NCBI GenBank assembly: GCA_043813585.1
Contig: JBDRKW010000006.1
Coordinates: 15,444-79,443 of the forward strand
Direction of reading: 5' to 3'
DNA: 64,000 nt
DNA from: Candidatus Kerfeldbacteria bacterium
Lineage (GTDB): Bacteria > Patescibacteriota > Patescibacteriia > UBA9570 > XYC2-FULL-38-9
Below are positions 38,669 through 47,566 of this stretch, piece after piece. The notes under the pieces were generated by a model. That model made no database searches and was not told the DNA's origin. It was given only the letters and a program-made list of their open reading frames with translations. How positions within the stretch are numbered: the first letter of the stretch is position 1; every line of letters begins with the position of its first letter. The position numbers and the translations under genes are program-made.

Positions 38669-39484
38669 ATGGACAACATTATATCCGTACAGGGATTAAC
38701 CAAAAAATTCAAAAAGTTCACCGCAGTTAACAATATCAGCTTTGACATCCGCAACGGCGAAGTCTTCGGATTCCTCGGCCCGAACGGGGCGGGAAAATCG
38801 ACGACGATTCGCATCCTCTCTACCCTCCTCCGGCCTACCGACGGCACGGCAACCGTCAACGGGTTTGATGTGATTAAACAGCCAGACGACGTGCGAAAGT
38901 ATATCGGTCTGGTCGCGGAAAAAATTATTCTGTACGAACACCTTACCGCCATGGAAAACCTGGAGTTTTTCGGCAAGCTCTACGACCTTTCTGAAGATGA
39001 AATCCACCGCCGGGCGGATAAATGGGTGGAACGGCTCCACATGACCGAATGGATGGACGCGCAGGTCGGAACCTTCTCCACCGGCATGAAACAGCGCATC
39101 AATATCGTTCGCGCGCTCCTGACCGAACCGAAAATCCTGTTTTTGGACGAACCGACGCTCGGTCTGGACCCGCAAACCTCAAACATGATCCGCGAATTCA
39201 TCCGCGAACTGAATACCCAGGGTGTCACCGTGCTGCTCACAACGCACGGCATGATTGAGGCGGAATCGCTCTGCGACTGGATCGCCATCATCGACCACGG
39301 AGATATCGTCGCCATCGATACGGTCGACGGCCTGAAAAAACTGGTTCCGGACAAAGAACACCCGACCCTGGAAGATGTCTTCCTTAATGTTACCGGCAAA
39401 GAGATCCGCGACACGGCATCAGCGCATGCCCCGACAACGCATCGCCACGGGTTCATGAAAAAAAACAATAACCGGGTACGCTAA
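38669..39484 (+). CDS. ABC transporter ATP-binding protein
   Basis: Walker A GPNGAGKST, LSGG-type signature (FSTGMKQR), Walker B ILFLDEPT. Confidence 0.85.
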   Translation: MDNIISVQGLTKKFKKFTAVNNISFDIRNGEVFGFLGPNGAGKSTTIRILSTLLRPTDGTATVNGFDVIKQPDDVRKYIGLVAEKIILYEHLTAMENLEFFGKLYDLSEDEIHRRADKWVERLHMTEWMDAQVGTFSTGMKQRINIVRALLTEPKILFLDEPTLGLDPQTSNMIREFIRELNTQGVTVLLTTHGMIEAESLCDWIAIIDHGDIVAIDTVDGLKKLVPDKEHPTLEDVFLNVTGKEIRDTASAHAPTTHRHGFMKKNNNRVR

Positions 39485-39488
39485 CCAT

Positions 39489-40685
39489 ATGAAAACACTC
39501 AAAAACCTTTGGCAAATAGCAAAAAAGGACCTGCTGGAATTCCGGCGCGACCGGCTGCGTCTGGTGACGTTCTTCATCATGCCTATGTTCATGATGGTCC
39601 TCACCGGATACATCTTCCCGAACCAAAACACCCTAAAGGACATCCCGATCGGCATCGCAAACCTGGATAATGGCGCAGTCAGCCAACAATTGGAAGAGGC
39701 TATCAGCGGCCTGTCCCTTTCCGGGGAAACGTCGGCGTTTGCGCTGACCACCTATGATTCTGCCGACGCAATCAAAGACGGCATTTCCAGCCAGGATATC
39801 AGTGGCGGCATTGCGATCCCGGCCGACTTCTCGGAAAAAATCGCGCGCAACGAGCAGGTGGAGGTCCAGATAATCGAAGACCAGTCCAACCCGCAGATTT
39901 CACAGATCGTCAACCAGGTGCTTTCTAACATCGTCAGCGGCATGAGCGACCAGATCAGCGTCCAGACCGTTACCGGATTGATCGGCGCAACCGCGACGCC
40001 CGATACCCAGCCGTCCCTCTCCCCTGTTGCCGTGCTTAAGCCGATACAGTCAAAGATCGTCGGCATTATCGCATCCAACCCGAACTATTTTGAATTCATC
40101 GCGCCCGGCATCATGGCCATGGTCGTCATGACCGCCGTACTCACCGGCCTGGCCGCTTCCATCTCGCGCGAAAAGGAAACCGGGACGCTCGACGGCATCC
40201 TGATCTCGCCGATCAACCGGCTGTCGATCATTCTCGGCAAGGCGGTGGCCCAGTCGGTCCGCGGCCTGATCCAGGGCGGCATTGTGCTGCTGCTCGCCTT
40301 CCTCCTGTTCGGCGTCACGATCCACGGTAGCATCCTGCTGGTCATACTCCTTTTGCTGCTCGGTGTGTTCTCGTTTGTCGGGCTCGGCATCCTGGTCTCC
40401 GCAATTGCGACCGAACAGGAAACGGCAACCCAGCTCCTGTTCATGTTCCAGTTCCCGATGTTGTTTTTATCCGGCACCTTCTTCCCGATCCTGATGATGC
40501 CGAAGTTCATGCAAACAATTGCGTATTTTATTCCGCTCACCTATGCGATTGAAGCGCTGCGCAAAGTCATGGTGCTTGGCGCCGGCGTCCGTTCAATCCA
40601 GACCGAGATCATCGTTTTGGCAACCTTCGGCGTGGTCACGCTCATCATCGCCGTGCCCGCGTTCAAACGGGTCATAACTAGGTAG
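39489..40685 (+). CDS. ABC-2 family transporter permease
   Basis: 398 aa. N-terminal TM, a large extracytoplasmic loop, and a C-terminal 5-TM ABC-2 domain. Confidence 0.7.
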   Translation: MKTLKNLWQIAKKDLLEFRRDRLRLVTFFIMPMFMMVLTGYIFPNQNTLKDIPIGIANLDNGAVSQQLEEAISGLSLSGETSAFALTTYDSADAIKDGISSQDISGGIAIPADFSEKIARNEQVEVQIIEDQSNPQISQIVNQVLSNIVSGMSDQISVQTVTGLIGATATPDTQPSLSPVAVLKPIQSKIVGIIASNPNYFEFIAPGIMAMVVMTAVLTGLAASISREKETGTLDGILISPINRLSIILGKAVAQSVRGLIQGGIVLLLAFLLFGVTIHGSILLVILLLLLGVFSFVGLGILVSAIATEQETATQLLFMFQFPMLFLSGTFFPILMMPKFMQTIAYFIPLTYAIEALRKVMVLGAGVRSIQTEIIVLATFGVVTLIIAVPAFKRVITR

Positions 40686-40737
40686 CGGAAAACTGAAAAG
40701 ACCCGGAGTGTTTTTCATTGTGACATGAAATACGATG

Positions 40738-40757
40738 ATGCTGGGGAGGAGGGATTT
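40738..40757. repeat. 18-nt direct repeat of the tRNA-Gln 3' end (TGCTGGGGAGGAGGGATT), att-core-like
   Basis: Identical to 40921..40938, which is the tRNA-Gln 3' terminus on the minus strand. Confidence 0.6.
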
Positions 40758-40880
40758 CCGCGTCGCTTCGCTCCTTATCCTGGGCAGCGGCAGCGTGCCA
40801 CTGGCACCCTGCCGGCGCTCCCATCGTCGCATGCGCTCCTCGTTCGCTGCTGCCCGTTCTCATCCCTACTCTTTTCAACC

Positions 40881-40921
40881 AAAAAACGCCGGAGCCCCTG
40901 ACGGGGCTACGACGTTTTTTT
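40881..40921. terminator. bidirectional terminator hairpin (AGCCCC-TGAC-GGGGCT) flanked by A6 and T7, immediately 3' of tRNA-Gln
   Basis: Read directly from the sequence. Confidence 0.6.
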
Positions 40922-40923
40922 TG

Positions 40924-40995
40924 CTGGGGAGGAGGGATTCGAACCCCCGAATGCAAGGACCAGAACCTTGTGCCTTACCGCTTGGCGACTCCCCA
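40924..40995 (-). tRNA. tRNA-Gln (anticodon CUG). CCA not encoded.
   Basis: The reverse complement TGGGGAGTCGCCAAGCGGTAAGGCACAAGGTTCTGGTCCTTGCATTCGGGGGTTCGAATCCCTCCTCCCCAG folds as a cloverleaf with a U1:A72 pair and a TTCGAAT T-loop, and is near-identical in its D/T arms to E. coli tRNA-Gln. Confidence 0.85.
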
Positions 40996-41061
40996 ATATG
41001 CCACAAACACTCTATACCAACCGTTGATTTTTTTCAAGCGTCACGGTCGCGCCTGCGGTTC

Positions 41062-42726
41062 CTAGCCGGAGTTTGACGAATCAAACGTGCTTGTTGCCAG
41101 GTCCCAGACGTTTGCCAGCTCCTCTTCCGGCGGCTGTTCAATATTGGATTTCTCCTTGCTCGCCTGGGCTGCGTATTTTGAATCAATATCAACCTGGATC
41201 GAAATCGGCCGGCCGAACACTTTCTCGAACACATCATCGATCACCTTGCGGTTGCGCAAATCATTCAGCCGGTCTTCATAAAACTTATACTCATACCCCA
41301 TGGTGATCTCGCCGTCTTCATACGAAACCAGCTGCCCCACCTTGAACGTCAGGTGCAGTGCGTGGTTGGCGCGCTTCATCTCCTTTAATAACGTTGTCCA
41401 CTTTTTTTGAATGTAATCCAAAGAAACCTCCCGCACCGGTGCTGATGATTCAGCAAATCCCGGCTCCTGCTCCGGAGCCGCTACCTCCCGCTGCGAAAAC
41501 GATGCTGCAGGAGATGCAGGTTGCGGCGGAGCCGGCTCGATTGGATGTTGTGTGTCAGACCCGCCGGCACCTGATGAACCGGGCGCGGACGGCGCGTCAT
41601 CTTCCGGAACGTCTGCCGGTGCAGCCGGGCTGCCATTTCCCGCAGCGAGCTTGATCACTGCCAGTTCAAGCGGAAGCTGCGGAATGGCCGCTGCCTTCAA
41701 CTGCTCTTGTGCCTCTAAAAATGCCTCGAGCATCCTTGATATTTCGAGCGCATCCTTCTGCTGCGCCAGTGTCGTAATTTTTCCGATGTCCTCCTTGCTC
41801 AAATCAAGGTACTGCAGCGGAACCAGCGACTGCTGCACCACGTGCAGCAGCACCTTCCGTAAAAATTCAATCATGTCCTTTGTAAAATCATTCAGCATCA
41901 CCCCTTCTTCCAGCAGGCGGTTGATGCGCGATATGCTGTTGGACGCCTGGCCGCGGACAATCTCTTCCCATAACCCCACCACCTCGGACATGTCAGATCG
42001 CGGCAGCACAATCTCGGCCATCTCCGCCGTAATCTGTTTTTCATCAAGCGACAGCACCTGCCCCAATAGACTTTCGGCGTCGCGCAGTGCGCCTTCCGAA
42101 CGCTTGGCAACGGCATGCAGCACCTCGTCGTCAACGCGCTTGCCTTCAGCCGTCACCAGCTTCTTCAGCCGCCCGACCATGTCGTCAAACGAGATCTTCC
42201 GGAAATTAAAACGCTCACAGCGCGAAATGATGGTTGCCGGCACTTTATGGATCTCGGTCGTCGCCAAAATGAACATCGTACGCGATGGTGGCTCTTCCAG
42301 CGTCTTCAACAGCGCATTAAACGCGGATGTCGACAGCATGTGGACTTCATCAATAATAAACACCTTCCACTGCAGCACAGACGGCGCCACGCGCGCATTA
42401 TCAATAATATTTTCGCGGACATTATCCACGCCAGTGTGCGACGCCGCATCAATTTCTACAATATCAAGCGCCTTGTTCTCGTGAATAGAGCGGCAGTTGA
42501 TGCATACATTGCACGGCTCGCCGTCTTTCAACTGTTCACAGTTCACTGCACGCGCCAACAGCCGCGCCGTGGTTGTTTTGCCGATGCCGCGCGGGCCGGA
42601 AAAAAGGTACGCATGCGCAACCGCGCCGCTCTTCAGCTCATTTAAAAGCGTCTGGCGGACATGATCCTGCCCGACTAGGTCGAAAAAGGTCTGCGGACGG
42701 TATTTTTGGTAAAGCGATGTGGCCAT
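41062..42726 (-). CDS. dnaX: DNA polymerase III subunit gamma/tau
   Basis: YRPQTFFDLVGQDHV...GPRGIGKTT, zinc module CEQLKDGEPCNVCINC, and SRC-like motif. Confidence 0.9.
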   Translation of the reverse strand: MATSLYQKYRPQTFFDLVGQDHVRQTLLNELKSGAVAHAYLFSGPRGIGKTTTARLLARAVNCEQLKDGEPCNVCINCRSIHENKALDIVEIDAASHTGVDNVRENIIDNARVAPSVLQWKVFIIDEVHMLSTSAFNALLKTLEEPPSRTMFILATTEIHKVPATIISRCERFNFRKISFDDMVGRLKKLVTAEGKRVDDEVLHAVAKRSEGALRDAESLLGQVLSLDEKQITAEMAEIVLPRSDMSEVVGLWEEIVRGQASNSISRINRLLEEGVMLNDFTKDMIEFLRKVLLHVVQQSLVPLQYLDLSKEDIGKITTLAQQKDALEISRMLEAFLEAQEQLKAAAIPQLPLELAVIKLAAGNGSPAAPADVPEDDAPSAPGSSGAGGSDTQHPIEPAPPQPASPAASFSQREVAAPEQEPGFAESSAPVREVSLDYIQKKWTTLLKEMKRANHALHLTFKVGQLVSYEDGEITMGYEYKFYEDRLNDLRNRKVIDDVFEKVFGRPISIQVDIDSKYAAQASKEKSNIEQPPEEELANVWDLATSTFDSSNSG

Positions 42727-42806
42727 TCTTTAAAAAATAGTGATCTGACGTTAAAGACCCCGTTGGTACGAGGCCTCCTGTGTTTTTCGGTTTTGAAAGT
42801 ATAACG

Positions 42807-43454
42807 CTATTCCCCGTCCGGCGCAACCGGTGCCGGAAGCTCCATTTCATCGCCCAGCGGCAGCTCTGCTGACGCGCCCTCAAGCTCTTCGTATTCATCC
42901 AAATCCGGCTCTGCAGCGCCCTTAATGATATTCTCAACCGCCGCCCATTTGCTGTCCATATCCTCCGGAATCAGCACAATCACCGTATCCCCAGGCTCGC
43001 CTTTGAAATAGGTCACGCTTGCCGTCAACAGACGGAATGTATGCCCATTCTTGGCAATCACACGGAACGCACCGCTGTCGTTTCGCACCAGGCGGCCGAA
43101 CTGCCGCTTGCGCGTGACCGGGCCGATCTGCTTATAAATAAAACTGCCGTCCGGTTTGATGGTCAGCTTCATGATATCCCCCTCTACCAGCTTGGATTTG
43201 CTCGCGTAGTTTGCCGGTACCGTATATATTTTCCCGTCCGGACCGACCATATTCTGGCCGTCGAACACGCCCTCGATTATTGATTCATCGCCGTTTGCTT
43301 CAGCGCTGCCGACCTCTGCCGCTTTCTCCCTGGCCGAACGCAATTCATCAACGGGTCCCAGCTCTGCGACATACTGTTTTAAAGCATCAAGCTGCGTTTC
43401 GATATTTTCGATCATCTTATGCAGCTGCTCAAGCACGTTGTTTTCGTCTGTCAT
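42807..43454 (-). CDS. hypothetical protein (N-terminal coiled coil, C-terminal acidic tail)
   Basis: 215 aa with no recognisable motif. Confidence 0.4.
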   Translation of the reverse strand: MTDENNVLEQLHKMIENIETQLDALKQYVAELGPVDELRSAREKAAEVGSAEANGDESIIEGVFDGQNMVGPDGKIYTVPANYASKSKLVEGDIMKLTIKPDGSFIYKQIGPVTRKRQFGRLVRNDSGAFRVIAKNGHTFRLLTASVTYFKGEPGDTVIVLIPEDMDSKWAAVENIIKGAAEPDLDEYEELEGASAELPLGDEMELPAPVAPDGE

Positions 43455-43517
43455 ATTGTCTTTTTATTTTCTTTTTTGCCCCCATATCATAGCGCGGGCG
43501 AGTAAATTAGTAAAGAC

Positions 43518-43545
43518 CAAAAAACCCCTCGTTTAAGGGGCTTGT
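43518..43545 (-). terminator. rho-independent terminator after the 106-aa acidic protein gene
   Basis: Minus-strand RNA GCCCCUUAAACGAGGGGUUUUUUGG. Confidence 0.55.
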
Positions 43546-43565
43546 TCACAAAATGTGCGCAGCTC

Positions 43566-43886
43566 TTATACCGCCATCTGGTCGATCTTTTCGATAACAA
43601 TATGCTCCTCGTCCATCAGCTTTTTCAGCCCTTCCGTGTCCTTATTAGTTATCAGATCCTTTTTCTGCTTTACAATATCGACAATCGCCCGGATCTTTGC
43701 CGGATTATCCATAAAATATTCAATCGCAACCTCGCGCTGGCCGTCAGGCATTAAATCCAATACACGGAAAAAAACATCCTGGTCTCTTTTACCAAGCCCT
43801 TCAAATGGATCAGTTGGGATCATCTCCTCTTCATCCCCCAGCTCCTCATCCATATCTTCCCAGGTATCGTCTAAATAGTCCCCCAT
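43566..43886 (-). CDS. hypothetical small acidic protein
   Basis: 106 aa, D/E-rich N-terminus. Confidence 0.4.
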   Translation of the reverse strand: MGDYLDDTWEDMDEELGDEEEMIPTDPFEGLGKRDQDVFFRVLDLMPDGQREVAIEYFMDNPAKIRAIVDIVKQKKDLITNKDTEGLKKLMDEEHIVIEKIDQMAV

Positions 43887-43911
43887 AAGGTTCTTCTGTC
43901 GTTACGGTAAA

Positions 43912-44163
43912 TTATTCACCCGACTGGCGAGATGCCAGCTTCGCCTCCCATGCTTCTCGGCCGCGGTTCGGGTCGCCTTCATCCAGGGCTGCCGAATGCG
44001 CAGAACCGAAAATGCTCGCGGTCAGCTGCCCGCGTTCACTCTCCCCCAGCTTTGAATAGTGCTTCCATGTAGTTTCCGGGTTGGAAAGCAGGAATGCCAC
44101 TTCGTCCGTGGTCAGGCCGTTCGCCCGATCTACAGACGTTGTTTCTGGTGCTCGTTCTCGCAT
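43912..44163 (-). CDS. hypothetical small protein
   Basis: 83 aa. A perfect TTGACA -35 lies upstream on the minus strand at 44254-59, but the -10 is weak. Confidence 0.35.
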   Translation of the reverse strand: MRERAPETTSVDRANGLTTDEVAFLLSNPETTWKHYSKLGESERGQLTASIFGSAHSAALDEGDPNRGREAWEAKLASRQSGE

Positions 44164-44290
44164 AGGATGTATTGATTCTAACGTATTTTATTAATGGAGA
44201 CAATTCTTCGCTAACCTCAGTAACGTATTGGGTTTATCACACATTTTTGAATTTGTCAAGCCCTATGCGGTTCTAATACGCCAACATTAG

Positions 44291-46828
44291 CTAAATAAAC
44301 GCATCAGGTCCTAGTGAATGCGTTGCGCCCAATTTATCAAGCTGTGCGCGTTCTTTAATATCATCTTCCACCTCTTCGCGCGGACGCCCATATTTCAGGC
44401 GCGACAGCTCCTTGAGAGTTTCTATCAGTTTCGGGTCGCCCTCGGGCGGCATGATTGTCGTCATGTTAAACGGCCTGGAAGCGGTGTTTTCAATCAATAA
44501 TTTCATGTTCGCGGTATATTTTTCCACATTGATGATATCGTTCTCATCAAATACCGGTTCAAACTCCTTCACCAATACCTCAGCGTCCTCCGCACCCACG
44601 CGGAACGCGAGCATAGTGCCGGCATTGCCGAATACGGCATCCCGCACTTTTGCGTCATTATTCACGACCAGTTGGCTGACATACTGGTGGGCCATGATCA
44701 TATTCAGCTTATATTTTCTGGCTTCAGATAAAATGATTGCAATCGAGTCCGTGGCAAAATTCTGGAACTCATCCATGTAGAGGTAGAAGTCCTTGCGCTG
44801 CTCTTTCGGTATATCAGCGCGCGCCATGGCCGCCATCTGGATCTTCGTGACTAGAATCAAGCCAAGCAGAGATGAGTTCACTTCGCCGATCTTGCCTTTG
44901 GACAAGTTCACCAAAAGAATCTTCTGGTTGTCCATCACCTCGCGAAGGTTGAACGCGGAATCTTTCTGGCCGATGATATTGCGCATCATGTCATTCGTCA
45001 GGAACCGTCCGATCTTGGAAATGACATACGAAAGCATATCCGCGGCCTGCTGCCCTGCCTGCGACTGCTCATATTCCTGCTCCCAGAAATTCTTCACGAT
45101 CATGTTCTTCACATTCGCGACCTTCTCTTTGCGGAACGTATCGTCCGTAAACATGCGCGGAATTTCCACCAATGTCGCGCCGGCCTCCTTGTCCTCCATC
45201 AGCGCCAGCATGGCGTTGCGCATGTAGTGCTCAAACATAGGGCCGATCATCTCTTCGCCGAACAGCTTGTAGAAAATCGCCACCATCTCCTGCACCGCAA
45301 AATCCTTCTGCTCGTCATTCTCGTATTCAAGCATGTTCAAACCCATCGGCCGCGACGTATCGCCCGGATCAAAATAGATCACATCGTCCGCGCGCTCCTT
45401 TGGGATATGCTTCATTACGTCCTCTACCAGGTCGCCGTGCGGATCGATAATCGCCACGCCCTCGCCGTTTTGGATGTCCTGGATGGCGCAGTACTGCAAA
45501 AAGACGGATTTACCGGAACCGGACTTACCGATCACATACATATGGCGGCGGCGGTCATCGCGCCTGATGCGCACCTCTGTCTCCGCACCGCGGTATTCAA
45601 TTTTACCGAGGATGATCCCCTCTTTCGGCATGTTCGACGGCGGCGGCGACTTGCGGGACAGGAGCCAGCGGATATTCGGTGTTTCCGTGTTTGTCAGCGG
45701 CAGGTGCCACAGCGACGCCATCTCTTTCGTGTTCAGCACATAACTGCCTTTCTCGTTGAAATGCCTGTAAATGAAATCCTCAATCAGCTCCTCGTCGCTC
45801 GACGGCTTGCTGGCAATGAATTTATTGCCGTACTGGTAGCCGGTATATTGGGTGAATGCGTTCAGTATATTGGTAAGCTTCATGGTCGCGAGCTCTTTGT
45901 TCGCAGCCGACACCACCACGCGGATATTCACGTCAAATCCGGACTTGCTGGTTTTTTCCTCCAGCATTTTCACGACCTCCTCTTCCATGGGCGACAGTTT
46001 GTATTCACGTTCCGTCTGCGGATCAATGCCCTGCCCTTCTTTGTTTTTGCCACGTGACAATCCCTTGCTGAATTCACGTATCACTTTGGAAATGGGATTG
46101 CCTGTTACTTCTGCCATCGCCTGGTCAAGCCGCTTCCCCTGCTGCATGGTTTGCGCGACTTTCACCGGCAGTCTGTGCCATTCCGGACGGGCCGAGCGCA
46201 GCACAATCTGGATGGCCGCGCCTTCTTCCTTTGTAAACTTCGACATTACGTTCGTAATCGAGTTCAGCGGATCAGATTCCATCTTGTCATAGGAGTTGAT
46301 CGCAAAAATCTGGCTCTTCTCCAAACGCAGCCGGGAACCGACAATCACGCCCTGCGGTTCAAAAATATTGTAATCTTCAACCTCAATGATTTGCGCGGAT
46401 TCGTACTGCGCCTGCAGCTGCTGTTCAAAATATTGCCGCATATACCGCGGGACCGCCGCATGAAACGTTACCAACCCATCACAGTCGGCAACTATCTCCA
46501 AAGAAAAATGGTCGGTACGGCCATACAGCCAGGCCTTAAATCCGCGCTGGGCTTTCACGCCGCCCATAGTCGCAAACAGTACTTCAGCAACCGAGATGCG
46601 CTCCTGCACCTGGTCGCGCGTCAGCTCCTGCTGCCCGCCGCCTTCTTCCTGGCTCTCCTTCGGAATCGTAACTTGCAGCACCACCATCTGGAACGCGCGC
46701 GGCTTGCGGAGGCTCTTCCGGATAATCGCACGCACGACAAAAAGCGCGGCAATCAAAAGTGCAACCGAGACCGCGATATACGCCCCGATCAGTACCAGTA
46801 TGTTGAGTCCGGCTATGAAATCGAACAT
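44291..46828 (-). CDS. membrane-anchored FtsK/HerA-superfamily ATPase, VirB4/TraC-like (type IV secretion/conjugation-type)
   Basis: N-terminal TM. About 400-aa N-domain. Walker A GKSGSGKS near residue 420. Walker B YLYMDEFQNF. ARKYKLNMIMAHQ motif as in VirB4/TrwB-type ATPases. Confidence 0.55.
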   Translation of the reverse strand: MFDFIAGLNILVLIGAYIAVSVALLIAALFVVRAIIRKSLRKPRAFQMVVLQVTIPKESQEEGGGQQELTRDQVQERISVAEVLFATMGGVKAQRGFKAWLYGRTDHFSLEIVADCDGLVTFHAAVPRYMRQYFEQQLQAQYESAQIIEVEDYNIFEPQGVIVGSRLRLEKSQIFAINSYDKMESDPLNSITNVMSKFTKEEGAAIQIVLRSARPEWHRLPVKVAQTMQQGKRLDQAMAEVTGNPISKVIREFSKGLSRGKNKEGQGIDPQTEREYKLSPMEEEVVKMLEEKTSKSGFDVNIRVVVSAANKELATMKLTNILNAFTQYTGYQYGNKFIASKPSSDEELIEDFIYRHFNEKGSYVLNTKEMASLWHLPLTNTETPNIRWLLSRKSPPPSNMPKEGIILGKIEYRGAETEVRIRRDDRRRHMYVIGKSGSGKSVFLQYCAIQDIQNGEGVAIIDPHGDLVEDVMKHIPKERADDVIYFDPGDTSRPMGLNMLEYENDEQKDFAVQEMVAIFYKLFGEEMIGPMFEHYMRNAMLALMEDKEAGATLVEIPRMFTDDTFRKEKVANVKNMIVKNFWEQEYEQSQAGQQAADMLSYVISKIGRFLTNDMMRNIIGQKDSAFNLREVMDNQKILLVNLSKGKIGEVNSSLLGLILVTKIQMAAMARADIPKEQRKDFYLYMDEFQNFATDSIAIILSEARKYKLNMIMAHQYVSQLVVNNDAKVRDAVFGNAGTMLAFRVGAEDAEVLVKEFEPVFDENDIINVEKYTANMKLLIENTASRPFNMTTIMPPEGDPKLIETLKELSRLKYGRPREEVEDDIKERAQLDKLGATHSLGPDAFI

Positions 46829-46837
46829 CCTCCCGTG

Positions 46838-47461
46838 TTATTTGATATCTATATCTACCCGCGAACGCTGCTCTTTTTTTACCCTGGCCTGGAGCTTCAT
46901 GATGTCGTCGGTTTTCAGCTTCGTCTCCTGCTCCAGGAAATATTTATTCACCCGCGGGATGGTCGAAAGCCAAAGGCGGATGGCATCGAGCACTTTGCGC
47001 GCTGTTGCTTTGAACTGCGTGACCATAACCTCAATCTTTCCGGCAGCTTCCTCCCCCGCTATGCGAAACTGCTCCTGCTCCTGCGGCGTCATGCTCGCAT
47101 ACACTTCTGCCAGGCCCTCTGATAAAACCTCTTCAATTTCCTGGCGGGTTTTTGACTTGGCCTGCGGAGCTGCGGGTACGGCCGGCGCCTGCTGCTGGCC
47201 TGCCGGTACTGCGCCCGCCGAAGGCAGCGGCGCTGCTTCCGGCACCTGCCCCTCCTGAACCTGCGGTGCCTCCTGCACTGGGCCGGTATCCGGTAACGGA
47301 ACCGCTTCCGGGGCTATTGGCTGCTGTTCCGGAGCTGTCGATGCAGCTTCTTGAGGCATTCCCTGTTCCTGCGGCAACGCTACGCCAACACCAACCCCGG
47401 GCCGCAAAGGCTCCACTGGTTCAGTTGATGTTTTTTTCTGTCGTTTGAATAGCGCTGCCAT
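46838..47461 (-). CDS. hypothetical Pro/Gln/Ala-rich protein, co-oriented 10 nt upstream of the VirB4-like ATPase
   Basis: Start at MAALFKRQ. The low-complexity N-half and conserved-looking C-terminal 90 aa have no TM. Confidence 0.4.
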   Translation of the reverse strand: MAALFKRQKKTSTEPVEPLRPGVGVGVALPQEQGMPQEAASTAPEQQPIAPEAVPLPDTGPVQEAPQVQEGQVPEAAPLPSAGAVPAGQQQAPAVPAAPQAKSKTRQEIEEVLSEGLAEVYASMTPQEQEQFRIAGEEAAGKIEVMVTQFKATARKVLDAIRLWLSTIPRVNKYFLEQETKLKTDDIMKLQARVKKEQRSRVDIDIK

Positions 47462-47566
47462 GCCAGGTTGTCCTGATTCATTAACGGGATACAATATAGC
47501 ATAAATTGGACAATTCGGCAACAACGCCACTTCCGTAAAAACGCGAATTTTGGTACACTTTGCAAT

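Noticed and set aside
41552-42484. 310-aa ORF on the + strand opposite dnaX
   Set aside because: Antisense artefact. dnaX motifs are unambiguous on the minus strand.
42727-42806. Possible SRP RNA (ffs) upstream of dnaX, as in many bacteria
   Set aside because: The 80-nt gap lacks the conserved domain IV motif (GGAA tetraloop / AGCAGCCA region).
45227-47122. 276-aa and 323-aa ORFs on the + strand opposite the VirB4-like ATPase
   Set aside because: R/H/L-rich with no motifs. The minus-strand product carries Walker A/B and VirB4 motifs.
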